Below are positions 35,201 to 44,029 of a DNA stretch of 64,000 bases, piece after piece; position 1 is the first letter of the stretch, and every line of letters begins with the position of its first letter. Under the pieces are notes generated by a model. That model was given only the letters and a program-made list of their open reading frames with translations. It had not been told where the DNA came from and ran no database searches. A program made the position numbers and the translations under genes. Source of the stretch: Acidobacteriota bacterium (GTDB lineage Bacteria > Acidobacteriota > UBA6911 > RPQK01 > JAJDTT01); NCBI GenBank assembly GCA_965209055.1, contig OZ242374.1:4480001-4544000 (forward strand), given 5' to 3'.

Positions 35201-35939
35201 GTAGCTCAGTCAATCGGTTGAAGGCCAGGTGGAGCGACTCCAGCGACGACAGTCCCGCGAAAACCCCAACCGGCAGCGTCGTCACGTCGCTGACTCTCAA
35301 TTTGAGCCATTTCAGCGTGGGCAATCCGACGAAGAGGTCATCTGGCAGAGGACCCCCGATGTACAGAGTGAGCGATTGGAGCGAGGTCAGTCCCGAGAAA
35401 AGCTCGCCGGCCGGGGGAGCCATATCGTTGTAGTGCAGGGACAGCCCGAGCGATTGGAGCGAGGTGAGTCCCGAGAAGATCCCGGCCGGCAGGGTGGTCA
35501 GTGGATTGCGGCCCAGCGCGAGCGTTTCCAGGGAGGAAAGCCCGTGGAAGAGGCCCGCCGGAAGGGTAGTCAGTTTGTTGGCATGTAACTGAAGTCCTTC
35601 CAACGAGGACAGTCCGCTAAAATCCCCCGCCTTTAACTCTAGAATGGGATTCGGGAGATCGCCGGAGGGAACACCCCATACATCGTACGGACCTGCCAGA
35701 TTGAGGTCACCCTCAATCTCAGCCAGATGTGGCTCCGTCACATCACCGCAATCGTTAACGTCCGGAACCTTCTCCACGATTGCGTCGCGCACTTCCGGTG
35801 TCCGGTCGCAGACGGGGACGATCTGCGCCGTGGCTTTCTCCGGTACGGCCAGCAGAACCAGGCCCAAAGTTACCGTTAGCACCGAGGTCGTGGATCGCAA
35901 TCGGGGAAGCGGTGCAATCTTCAGTATGTGTACTGGCAT
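32292..35939 (-). CDS. Secreted leucine-rich repeat protein with duplicated C-terminal beta domains
   Basis: Signal, Cys N-cap VCDRTPEVRDAIV, about 23 x 24-aa LRRs, two FAHF.NG.SI.SELVLVN domains. Confidence 0.93.
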   Translation of the reverse strand: MPVHILKIAPLPRLRSTTSVLTVTLGLVLLAVPEKATAQIVPVCDRTPEVRDAIVEKVPDVNDCGDVTEPHLAEIEGDLNLAGPYDVWGVPSGDLPNPILELKAGDFSGLSSLEGLQLHANKLTTLPAGLFHGLSSLETLALGRNPLTTLPAGIFSGLTSLQSLGLSLHYNDMAPPAGELFSGLTSLQSLTLYIGGPLPDDLFVGLPTLKWLKLRVSDVTTLPVGVFAGLSSLESLHLAFNRLTELPAGIFSGLSSLKSLDLSGNRLTTLPAGIFAELSTLEGLDLTDNRLTTLSAGIFGELSSLKELSLGDTDLTTLPVGVFSGLSSLEDLTLVRNSLTTLPTGVFSELSSLEDLSLGGNGLTTLPVGVFSGLSSLERLYLGGNGLTTLPVGVFSGLSSLEGLSLGGNRLTPLPIGVFSGLSSLEWLSLDDNGLTTLSAGAFSGLSSLKQLYLDNNHLTTLPAGVFYELSSLEELYLRNNDLRTLPAGVFAGLSSLRVLYLRSNELRSLPVGTFAGLSSLEELYLRNNDLRTLPAGIFGELSSLKELYLGDNDLTTLPVGVFAGLFSLEVLYLTRNDLTTLSAGVFAGLSSLKALGLSDNHLTALQEGIFSGLSSLESLWLSTNRLTALPEGIFSGLPSLQRLSLSDNWNQLTTMISLEFAGEGRFRARADSGALFEIVLPINVVNGVLDGGSSHINIPRGSVYSATFTVSRNPGPASAVFVDIGELPAMPSSIDTELTLVKSPHLPLNVLEMPNLHFAHFANGESITSELVLVNVGDEPIRPVVSFLDRGGNLLSGGWLVEMREDLEVQEDGTLRVRTGIEPLGERTISTHPRRTIVSGSVRVESEGPLGGVLRYVNPDIGVAGVGASPRVRDAIFPARNQAGGIRTAVAIRSRGDEWMRVQCQLLQAGTVLEETQISLTRDGQAARFIDELFTQNETSDFVGSVRCTSPRGKLFTGVAVVMDTENRIFTTLPMVPVEPLADGSGEGTLVFAHFGNGSSIRSELVLVNVGADPIRPSVYFYDRQGDQIDAESVVEVVGDLEVREDGALSIGAEMLALSELTISTHGQGELVTGSVRVESDGPVGGVLRLDVPSVGMAGIGASLPVAAAMFPVRRQGNGINTGAAVRNLEPETMTLTCALMQNGRMLTETEIDLDAGGQVAHFIDELFKDADTSDFTGSVLCTAPPGGAFTGVALEMDADNRIFTTLPMVPVLR
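33990..35640 (-). repeat. 72-bp coding tandem repeat array (LRR units)
   Basis: Consensus TLPxGxFxGLSSLxxLxLxxNxL, about 23 copies counted; boundaries approximate. Confidence 0.9.
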
Positions 35940-36159
35940 CCGAAATGGTTCCTCCAGGCAGATGGATGGCCTTCGACAGTATTCAATGATGCGGGGGAGC
36001 CCCTTCTAGCCGAACCCAACGACGGGACGCAGACTCGACAGATCAACGAGCCGCTCCTCCAGGGATTGGCAGTCTCAGAGAACCCGGGGGCCTGGGGCGT
36101 GCGTAGCCATCTGATCCCTCCCAGAGGGGCATGGAGGAAATAACCCAGACCAGCACTCC

Positions 36160-38062
36160 GTCGAGTTACACTACTCAGCCGCCACCGGCACCGTATGAAA
36201 CCAGTTCGTCGCCCGTGAGTACCCGACTGCGGCCACGGCTTTTGTATGACCTAACCTCATGGCCAGCATCGTCAAGAAGATCATCCGCGGCCACCCCTAC
36301 TACTACGCCCGCGTCTGCAAACGCGTCGATGGCAAGCCCAAGATCGTCTCCCAGACCTATCTCGGCCGCGCCGACAAGATCCTCGAGAAGCTCCGGGCCA
36401 AGCCCGTCCCCGCCCCGCCTCTGGAGGCGGTCGTGCGCGAATTCGGCGCCTCCACCGCTCTGCTCACCCTCGCCCGCCGCTTGCAATTCGTCGAGCACAT
36501 CGACCGCCGTGTCCCCCAGCACGGCTCCGGCCCCTCCGTCGGTCATTACCTGCTCGCCGCCGTCCTCAACCGCTGCCTCGCCCCCGGCTCCAAGGCCAGC
36601 CTCGCCCGCTGGTTCGACTCCACCGCCCTCCCCCGCCTGCTCCCCCTGCGTTCCCGCCAACTGACCAGCCAGCGCTTCTGGGACCACATGCACCGCATCC
36701 CCGTTCCAGCGATCCCCACCATGAAACGGGACATCGTGGCCGCCATGACCCGAGAGTTCGGCCTCGACCGGCGCCAAGTGCTGTTTGACGCCACCAACTT
36801 CTTCACCTACATCGATTCCTTCAACCATCACTCCGAGCTGGCCCAGCGCGGCCACGGCAAGGAGGGCTGCAAGTCGTTGCGCATCATCGGTGTGGCGCTG
36901 CTGGTCACGACTGACTTCCGCCTGCCCCTGCTGCATCGCACCTATCCCGGCAACCGCCCCGACGCGCCGCTGTTCCAGAGCCTCGCCGCCGATTTGGCCC
37001 GGCGCTGCCGCGAGATCGCCGCCGGCGCCGAGACGCTCACGCTGGTCTTCGACAAGGGCAACAACTCGCGGGAGAACCTGAAGTGGGTCGAGCGCAGCCC
37101 GTTCCACTTCATCGGCTCGCTGGTGCCGACCCAGCACCCGGACCTGCTGGCCGTGGAGGCGGACCAGGTGCGCTCGCTGGAGGCCGACGGGTTGCCCGGC
37201 GTGCGCGTCTACCGCACCGACTACGAGGTGTTCGGCATCGAGCGCACGGTGCTGGTGATCTGGAACCAAGCGCTGTTCGACGCCCAGTGCCGGACGCTGC
37301 TGCGGGAGATCGCCAAGCGGCGCCAGCACCTGCGTGCGCTGCAGCGGCAGTTGCGCCGCTGGCGCGACGGCAAGATCCGCGGGGGGCGCAAGCCGGGCGT
37401 GGCCACCACGCGCAAGAAGGTGGACACCTGGCTGCGGGCCCGGCACATGCGGGACCTGTTCGCTGTCCAGGTGCGCGAGGTCCAGGGCCTGCCGAAGGTG
37501 AATTACCGCTTCCAGCGCCACGCCTGGGAGAAGCTGCAGAGCACGCTGCTGGGGAAGACCCTACTGTTCACGGACCAGGCGGATTGGAGTGACGCCGAGC
37601 TGGTGCGCGGCTACCGAGCCCAGCATCAGGTCGAGAGCGCCTTCCGGCAGTTGAAGGACAGCGACTGCATCGCGATCCGGCCGCAATACCACTGGACGGA
37701 TCAGAAGATCGCGGTGCACGTGTTCTGCTGCGTGCTGGCGCTGATGTTGTGCAGTCTGCTGCAGCGGGAACTGAGCCGGCACGGGGTGAAGGGCTCCATC
37801 CCCGGACTGCTGGATGCCCTCGCGGGGATTCGGGAGGTGGACGTGCTGTATCCCGCGCGCCAGGAGGGCGGTGAGCCCGAACTCAGAACGACGCTCTCGC
37901 AGATGACGGAAGAACAGCGCGCGATGTACGACATCCTGGGCCTCGACCGCCACCCGCTCCCACCTCTGACGCAGACCCGTTAGGTCATACGGAAGGGATT
38001 CTCCAAGTCTCTGAAAAAAAGGAACTTATCCGTATTCTGTCGTTCAACATGGTAAACTCGGG
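36160..38062 (+). mobile_element. IS1634-family insertion sequence (ends approximate)
   Basis: Transposase; imperfect ends GTCGAGTTAC.../...GTAAACTCGGG; no clear target duplication. Confidence 0.7.
36259..37983 (+). CDS. IS1634-family DDE transposase
   Basis: MASIVKK...RVDGKPKIVSQTYLG; FDATN (D), VFDKGN (D), YRAQHQVESAFRQLK (E), IRPQYHWTDQKIAVH. Confidence 0.9.
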   Translation: MASIVKKIIRGHPYYYARVCKRVDGKPKIVSQTYLGRADKILEKLRAKPVPAPPLEAVVREFGASTALLTLARRLQFVEHIDRRVPQHGSGPSVGHYLLAAVLNRCLAPGSKASLARWFDSTALPRLLPLRSRQLTSQRFWDHMHRIPVPAIPTMKRDIVAAMTREFGLDRRQVLFDATNFFTYIDSFNHHSELAQRGHGKEGCKSLRIIGVALLVTTDFRLPLLHRTYPGNRPDAPLFQSLAADLARRCREIAAGAETLTLVFDKGNNSRENLKWVERSPFHFIGSLVPTQHPDLLAVEADQVRSLEADGLPGVRVYRTDYEVFGIERTVLVIWNQALFDAQCRTLLREIAKRRQHLRALQRQLRRWRDGKIRGGRKPGVATTRKKVDTWLRARHMRDLFAVQVREVQGLPKVNYRFQRHAWEKLQSTLLGKTLLFTDQADWSDAELVRGYRAQHQVESAFRQLKDSDCIAIRPQYHWTDQKIAVHVFCCVLALMLCSLLQRELSRHGVKGSIPGLLDALAGIREVDVLYPARQEGGEPELRTTLSQMTEEQRAMYDILGLDRHPLPPLTQTR

Positions 38063-38300
38063 CTAGGGAAGTCGCGTCTCACGCGCAGTCGACGGCCAGA
38101 CGGCAACATGCTTCACACATCAGTCAGCCGGAGCCATCTCCGCCGAGGCGAGGAAAGAGGTGAGACTCTCCGCCAGAGGATCGCGCGCATGTTCAGACCT
38201 CCCTTAGATTCATACCATCCGAACTCACCCAATGAGCTGATTGCAGAGAAAAATTCACATTTCCTGATGCGTGTCTGATTTCTCCTGGGAGGTGGGCACT

Positions 38301-38855
38301 ATGAGCAACCTTGCAAGCATACGCAAAAGGCGGTTCCGGACAACGACGGCAGCGGGATTCGTGCCCTCGTTGCTTTTTGCAGGTCTGCCGGGCTGCACCG
38401 CGAGGAACAAGACCGACTGGTCCCAAGTGCGAACCGTCGCCCCAAACACCACGACGGAGGTGCAGGTGTACGAGGGAGTAGCCCCTCACGAGGAGCGGAA
38501 AGTAAAGGGCTGCTTCGTATCGGCTACGACGGACTCATTGACGTTGCAACTCAAGGACGGACGAGCCAGGACGGTTCAGAAGAACGACATTCGGAAGATT
38601 CTGACGCGGCGGCCATTCATGAAACGTTGGCCGGGATGGGCTGCACTGGGGGTCACGGTGTTCGCACTGGCCGTAGTGCCTATGGATTCTGGCGACCATC
38701 GGCTCGTCTCTAAAACACTATTCCATACCTACTAACCCCTCCCGATTACGATCGCATTCTTCATCGGATCTCGAATGAAAGCGATTTGCGAAGTCCAACC
38801 CAAGGCGAGCGGACGCTGGTACCCGAAGGAAGACAATAAGGAGCAGTCCCCATGA
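38301..38855 (+). pseudogene. Lipoprotein paralog with internal TAA (38733-38735)
   Basis: After the TAA the frame continues PLPITIAFFIGSRMKAICEVQP, matching PISALFFYGSRMRGIYEVPP of the next gene, and ends at a TGA overlapping the next ATG. Confidence 0.8.
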
Positions 38856-39379
38856 AACTCGCATCTGTTCTGCTGATCCTGGTCCTTTTGTCGGGCTGTG
38901 GCGGCCCGAAGCGGCACATGCCCACCTGGTCCCGAGTGCAAGCCGTGTCCCCACAGACAAAGACCGAGGTTCGACTGTACAAGGATGAGGCTCTGGAGGG
39001 CAGCAGGAGGGTCGAAGGTCGCTTCCACTCGGCCACGGATGATTTCGTTACGCTGACGCTACCGGATGGGCAGAACCGGACCTTCCAGAAGCAATCCGTG
39101 CGCGAGTTCCTGACCCACCGATCGTTCTGGAGACGATGGCCGGGCTGGGCTGCTTTAGGGATCTTCACCATTCCGCTTTGGTTGGCTCTCCCCATAAGGG
39201 ACGAGGATCCCATGCGCGGTTTGTGGGTTGGCGCAGTTCTCGCAACACCGATTTCGGCCCTATTTTTTTACGGATCCAGGATGCGCGGGATTTACGAGGT
39301 GCCACCCGAGTACAGGACATTACCGCCGGCAGCCAACAAGCCCAATGCTGGGAACAAGCCGGGAAAGAAGCCGCAGTGA
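38852..39379 (+). CDS. Hypothetical lipoprotein with two C-terminal TM segments
   Basis: RBS AAGGAG; lipobox LSGC; shares WS.V..V.P.T.TEV, SAT.D..TL, RWPGWAALG with the upstream paralog. Confidence 0.75.
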   Translation: MKLASVLLILVLLSGCGGPKRHMPTWSRVQAVSPQTKTEVRLYKDEALEGSRRVEGRFHSATDDFVTLTLPDGQNRTFQKQSVREFLTHRSFWRRWPGWAALGIFTIPLWLALPIRDEDPMRGLWVGAVLATPISALFFYGSRMRGIYEVPPEYRTLPPAANKPNAGNKPGKKPQ

Positions 39380-39617
39380 TTGGACGGTTCGACTCAGACA
39401 TCTTGGCGGGTTTTCTATCGTGTATTCGTAGGCGGCGGGAAGTGATGTCGAGTGGACGCCCAGTGGAGTGCTTGGTGTCGCCGTTGTCGGCGCGGGTGTC
39501 AATGGGCGTCGAAAATGTCAGGATCTGAGCGCTGCCCGTGCAGGGTGGAGCGACCGGAGCGGGGCAGCGAGCCGGGATCGGGGGTGTCGCCACGAGGCAA
39601 GCCGGAGTTGCTGACGT

Positions 39618-39749
39618 GTCCGTTCACGGCCACGAAAGGCCAAGGACATCCATTTCGTCCCGGTGGAAAGAATGGTGGAGAGTGCCGCGGCTGAGAATTC
39701 ATAACTCTTTTATAGAGAATGGGTTACGGAATTTATAGAAACAGTCCGC
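39618..39749 (-). repeat. Right 132-bp inverted repeat
   Basis: Reverse complement aligns without gaps to 28885-29016. Confidence 0.9.
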
Positions 39750-39816
39750 TGAAAATTGGGCTAGCTTGCCAGTCGCCTGCGACCTGATCGGCAGTCACCC
39801 CGACGGCATCTACGTG

Positions 39817-40569
39817 TCAGTTCACCGGTTCGATCGACGAGTTGATCCGGCCCAGATGTTCCTCGTAACGGGCGTGGGCCTCCCGGTCCCGCTGCGCCCG
39901 GGAAGAGTGGTAGGCGAAGCCGAGGTTGCGCCGGTGATGGGCAGTGCGATTCGGTCCGGTGCGATGGATCACGTTGACGTGGTGGAGCGAGAGGTCCCCG
40001 GGCTTCAGGTCGAGCGCCACCTCCGGGTAACGGCTGAGGTCCGGCTTCTCCAGCAAGCCCAGGCTCGCCCCCGTGACGCCTGAAGGCTGGTGCGGCAGGA
40101 TCGGAGCGCGGTGCGAGCCCTTCAGGCAGACGATGGTCCCGTTGTCGTCATTGGCTTCATCCAGGGCCAAGGTGACGGCTACGGCCTCCGCCGGATTCCA
40201 GAACTGGTAGGCATTGTCCTGATGATAGGGGAACTCGTAGGTGGCGAAGGGGGCCTTGTCGATGAGCATCACGCCATCCGCCCCGGCCGCCGCGCCGGGA
40301 TAGAGCGCTTCGACCAGGGCGATCAGACGTGGATCCCGTATCAAGCCCGCAAAATAACCGGAGCGTTGGTTGATCCTGAAAACGCACCGCACCGCGCCAC
40401 CGCCGCCATCCTCGTAGTAGGCTTCGCCCGGTTCCAGACCGGAAAGGGACTCCTGCAGGTACCGGCCGAGTTGCCGATCCACCTCAGCCAGCTCCTCTGG
40501 CGAGAAAAATCCGGGAACGACTCCGAACCCGTTCTCGTCGTATTCACGGGCAATCGCATCGTAGTCCAT
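39817..40569 (-). CDS. Phytanoyl-CoA dioxygenase (PhyH) family
   Basis: Start MDYDAIAREYDENGF; PYHQDN, NGTIVCLKGSH, LKPGDLSLHH..IH.TGPN.T...RR. Confidence 0.9.
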   Translation of the reverse strand: MDYDAIAREYDENGFGVVPGFFSPEELAEVDRQLGRYLQESLSGLEPGEAYYEDGGGGAVRCVFRINQRSGYFAGLIRDPRLIALVEALYPGAAAGADGVMLIDKAPFATYEFPYHQDNAYQFWNPAEAVAVTLALDEANDDNGTIVCLKGSHRAPILPHQPSGVTGASLGLLEKPDLSRYPEVALDLKPGDLSLHHVNVIHRTGPNRTAHHRRNLGFAYHSSRAQRDREAHARYEEHLGRINSSIEPVN

Positions 40570-40782
40570 AACGTCTCCTCCCGGGATTCCGACCCGCGGG
40601 CCTCGGCTCACGCTCCACCACCTTGTACTCGGAGACGCGTGGAGTCAACGTCCCGGGACCCTGAACCGTGTGCGATTCCGAGTCGCGATTGACAGCCGAC
40701 CTGCGGGACAGGGCCTTCCGGTCATACGGGGCGACTATATTCTGATGCATGAGGAAGTTGCCCCGCAGGAGAGTCGCACGTC

Positions 40783-41676
40783 ATGAGGCGCCCATTTCCC
40801 TGGGCGCGGGGAGGCTGGATGGGACCGCCGGATAGGCTCCCATTTCGCTCCGACCCCTCTCTGAGCCGGTTTGATCCGTTGCCGCGAATCTTCTATCACG
40901 ACGATTTCAACCAGGGAATGAACGGTTGGACAGCGCTCGTGGGCAACTACGAGGGGAGCCTCGACAGCATGCATCCCGGCTACAAGTCGCTGACGGGACC
41001 GATGCTGAGCAACCTGACCCAATGGGACGGGGGAACCCACGGCGCCATGACCGGCACCTACGCACTGAAGATGGCCACCCGTCCCCGAAACGGCGCCCAG
41101 GCCGTCGCCATCAAACGGATCACCTTCTCCAGACACTGTCCCATCCGGTTGGAGTTCTTCTTCACCTTCAAACCCGAGGCCTCGGAACTCCGGCTCTCCG
41201 AATCAGACGTTCGCTCCGTGGGCGTCCTGTTCGACCTCCAGGACGACACCCATCGCGTGATGCCGCACCTGAGATTCCTCAACGCCCGGGACGGCCGGAG
41301 GGTGCGGCGCTGGCAGTACAAGAGGCAGACGGTCGAGTTCGTCCGTGTGGGGGAGAAGACGGTCACGCATCATCACTTGGCCGACCAGGACTGGCGCCCC
41401 CTCTCCGACACTGGGCAGGAGCTCTGCTACAACGAGATTCCGACCAAGGTGAACTGGCACTATGCCCAGGTGGGTTTCGACTTGCGGAGCATGCGCTACA
41501 CGCATTTCCGCTGCAACGACGCCGTGTACGACATGGAAGGCGTCGACCCAATTGTCATTCCCGCCATGCCCAATCTGAGGAACATGCTCAACGTCGCCTT
41601 CTTCGTCGAGACGGATGTGGACAAGAGGGCCTTTTTCTACATCGACTCGGTGATCTTGTCGGGAGACTGGGATTGA
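40783..41676 (+). CDS. Hypothetical protein (DUF6772-like)
   Basis: DDFNQGMNGW..L.GNYE, THGAM.GTYALK.AT, LCYNE.PTKVNWHY; family recalled from memory. Confidence 0.6.
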   Translation: MRRPFPWARGGWMGPPDRLPFRSDPSLSRFDPLPRIFYHDDFNQGMNGWTALVGNYEGSLDSMHPGYKSLTGPMLSNLTQWDGGTHGAMTGTYALKMATRPRNGAQAVAIKRITFSRHCPIRLEFFFTFKPEASELRLSESDVRSVGVLFDLQDDTHRVMPHLRFLNARDGRRVRRWQYKRQTVEFVRVGEKTVTHHHLADQDWRPLSDTGQELCYNEIPTKVNWHYAQVGFDLRSMRYTHFRCNDAVYDMEGVDPIVIPAMPNLRNMLNVAFFVETDVDKRAFFYIDSVILSGDWD

Positions 41677-42014
41677 AGCTGCGAGAGAGTCACACGGCGA
41701 TCCTCTCGCTCGGCGAAGATTGGAAAGGCAAGGTCGCAACCGAACCCTACGAGGCCGCCTGGGCCTCGGAAGCACTCTTTTTTCTTCGGGCCTTGCGAGT
41801 GGAGGAGGCAGTCGACGGGGCCCGGGCCGCGGTCCAGATCTCGCCGGATGGTGTGCACTGGGTCGATGAGGGCACCACCCTCGCCCTGCCCCGTCGCGCA
41901 GGAGAGTTGACCTTCTGCCGGGTTCTCCAATTCGGCAACTACCTGCGGCTCCGAGCGGAGCTTCCGGCCGGGGCGGTTTGCCGGTTGGTGGCGACGCTAT
42001 CGCTCAAGGCGTGA
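41673..42014 (+). CDS. Hypothetical protein (DUF6385-like)
   Basis: TTG start overlapping the upstream stop; TEPYEAAWASEALFF, VQISPDGVHWVDEG, FGNYLRL. Confidence 0.6.
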   Translation: MKLRESHTAILSLGEDWKGKVATEPYEAAWASEALFFLRALRVEEAVDGARAAVQISPDGVHWVDEGTTLALPRRAGELTFCRVLQFGNYLRLRAELPAGAVCRLVATLSLKA

Positions 42015-42024
42015 TCTTCGCGCC

Positions 42025-43323
42025 TCAACTGGGCACGGCCCAGTGGCCCGGCCGGTAACGGCGGCCCAGCAGGGTATTGGCCTCCTCGTCTCCCACGATC
42101 TGCTCCCGGTCCGCGTCGAACCGGACGCTTCGATTCGTCCGGGCCACGATGTTCCCCAGATGGGGGAGAGTGGAGGAGAGGTGGCCCACCTCGATGTCCG
42201 CTACCGGGCGTCCCCCGGATCGAATGGCGTCCACGAAGTCCTTCTGGTGGACTCCCCTGGTGAGCTCGTACCGCCCTTCCTGGCGGATCAACTCGTTCTT
42301 CTTGCCGTAGATCCGGATTCCCTGCCCTCCCAGCGTCATCATCCCATCGGTTCCGTAGAAGTAGAGATTGTTTCCCTGAGCGTCGTTTCGATAGGGCGAC
42401 CAGATGCGCTGCTCGTAGACCAGCAATCGTTGCCGCGAGTCGCCGCCGCCTCCCGAATAGACGAACGTCACGGTGTAGGTGTCGGGAAACTCCTGGTCGT
42501 CGTCGAAGAAGAGCTTGGACCCGTAGCCGGTCACCAGGCTGGGATGGGTCTTGACCCCCAGTCCCCAGCGGGCGAGGTCGATGCCGTGGACCCCGTCGTT
42601 GCCGATGTCCCCGGTGCCGAAGTTGTAGAACCAATGCCAATGGTAGTGGACGTAGTTGGACTGGTAGTCCGCCCATTCGGCGGGGCCGACCCAGAGGTCG
42701 TATTCCAGGTTGGCCGGTGGCGCGGACGGCTCGACGTGCCCGATATTGCGCCGTTTCTGGCTGTTCACGTGCTTGGCCACCAGGACGTCGCCGATCACCC
42801 CTTCCCGGAGCATGCCGATGGCCCGGATCACGCCGTCGCTGGACCGGCTCTGGGTGCCATGCTGCATGACCCGCCCGTGCCGGCGCGCGGCTTCGATCAT
42901 CTGCCGTCCTTCCCGGACGTTGTGGGAGCAGGGCTTTTCGACGTAGACGTGCTTGCCCGCCTGGCAGGCCAGAATGGCGGCCGGAGCATGCCAGTGATCG
43001 CAAGTGGCGATCACCACCGCGTCCACCTCCGGGTCGTCGAGGATGTACCGGAGATCCGTGACTCCTCGGCCCGCCCCGGTCTGCTCAATGGCTTGGGCGA
43101 CGCGCTCGGAGTCCGGATCGCAGACATGGGTCACCCGGCAACCCTCCAGGCCGGCGAAATTCTCGCCCAGGCGGCGTCCCCGGCCTCCGCAGCCGATGAC
43201 TCCGACGTTGAGACGGTCGTTGGCCCCGAGAACGCTGCCCACCGCGGGAGTCAATCCCACGGCCGCCGCCGTCAGGCCCAGGCTCGATTCCTTCAAGAAA
43301 GCTCGACGATTCGTTGGGGACAT
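42025..43323 (-). CDS. Tat-exported Gfo/Idh/MocA oxidoreductase
   Basis: Tat NRRAFLK; GVIGCGGRG; ATCDHWH; GKHVYVEKP; NDGVHGID. Confidence 0.92.
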   Translation of the reverse strand: MSPTNRRAFLKESSLGLTAAAVGLTPAVGSVLGANDRLNVGVIGCGGRGRRLGENFAGLEGCRVTHVCDPDSERVAQAIEQTGAGRGVTDLRYILDDPEVDAVVIATCDHWHAPAAILACQAGKHVYVEKPCSHNVREGRQMIEAARRHGRVMQHGTQSRSSDGVIRAIGMLREGVIGDVLVAKHVNSQKRRNIGHVEPSAPPANLEYDLWVGPAEWADYQSNYVHYHWHWFYNFGTGDIGNDGVHGIDLARWGLGVKTHPSLVTGYGSKLFFDDDQEFPDTYTVTFVYSGGGGDSRQRLLVYEQRIWSPYRNDAQGNNLYFYGTDGMMTLGGQGIRIYGKKNELIRQEGRYELTRGVHQKDFVDAIRSGGRPVADIEVGHLSSTLPHLGNIVARTNRSVRFDADREQIVGDEEANTLLGRRYRPGHWAVPS

Positions 43324-43454
43324 CTGCTCACCTCCTCGGACGTGCGGACCGGAAAAAAGGACTGTACCGTCGCCTCGTATGAATGCTAGATCCGAAACTG
43401 AGAGAATTCCAGTGCTCCGGTCCCGATGAGGGGACCGTTCAATGGGAGGCATCC

Positions 43455-44003
43455 ATGCGAGTCCGTGTCGATCCCGATCGAGTCAGACAGGTCTTCCACG
43501 AGTTGAGCGGCTCGTCCGCGTTCCAGGAGAGCCGGGCCCTCGCCGAGGCCGGCGGGCTTCCGGTCGAGATGCTTCAGGCCATGTCGTTGCGGCCCGAGAT
43601 CCTGAAGGCGTTCGGAGCCACCGGCGAAGGGGTTTACCCCGGCGGGGTTCTGGAGCGGGAGCTCAAGGAGAAGGTGATTCTGAAAGCCTCGCTCTACAAC
43701 GAATGCCAGTTCTGCATCAACTCCCACCGGGCCATCATGCGGATGATCGGCATCCCGGACGCGCAGATCGAGAATCTGGATGCGCCGGAGCATCTGAGCC
43801 GCAGGGAGGCGTTGGCGCTGGACTATACGACGCGAGCGATCCGGGATGCCAACGGTATCGGGAAAGACTTCTTCGATCGGCTCCGGGAGGAGTTCTCCGA
43901 TGAGGAGATTGTGGAGCTAACCTTTCTGATCGGCCTGATCCAGCTCCTGAACCTGTTCAACAACGCCCTGCAGGTCACGTACCGCGGCGATTACGACGGA
44001 TAA
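43455..44003 (+). CDS. Carboxymuconolactone decarboxylase/AhpD-like protein
   Basis: RBS GGAGG; LKEKVILKAS..NECQFCINSH; FSDEEIVEL. Confidence 0.85.
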   Translation: MRVRVDPDRVRQVFHELSGSSAFQESRALAEAGGLPVEMLQAMSLRPEILKAFGATGEGVYPGGVLERELKEKVILKASLYNECQFCINSHRAIMRMIGIPDAQIENLDAPEHLSRREALALDYTTRAIRDANGIGKDFFDRLREEFSDEEIVELTFLIGLIQLLNLFNNALQVTYRGDYDG

Positions 44004-44029
44004 GTCAGCTGGAGGGACTGACAATCTCC

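Larger units (their letters stand above)
28885..39749. mobile_element. Cargo island (~10.9 kb) bounded by 132-bp imperfect inverted repeats, no cognate recombinase inside
   Basis: 28885-29016 aligns ungapped to the reverse complement of 39618-39749 (hand count 109/132); contains pseudogenes, paralog pairs, an LRR gene and IS1634. Confidence 0.7.

Noticed and set aside
33990-35640. CRISPR array or DGR variable region
   Set aside because: Repeats are in-frame 72-bp LRR codons without spacers; no cas or reverse transcriptase gene in the window
28885-39749. Tn7-like transposon (TGT...ACA near the ends)
   Set aside because: The inverted symmetry extends beyond TGT/ACA, there is no 5-bp direct target duplication, and no tns genes are present
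28885-39749. Integron cassette array or dif modules
   Set aside because: No convincing attC (RYYYAAC...GTTRRRY) between genes, no XerC/D consensus, and the integrase shows no evident IntI-specific insertion
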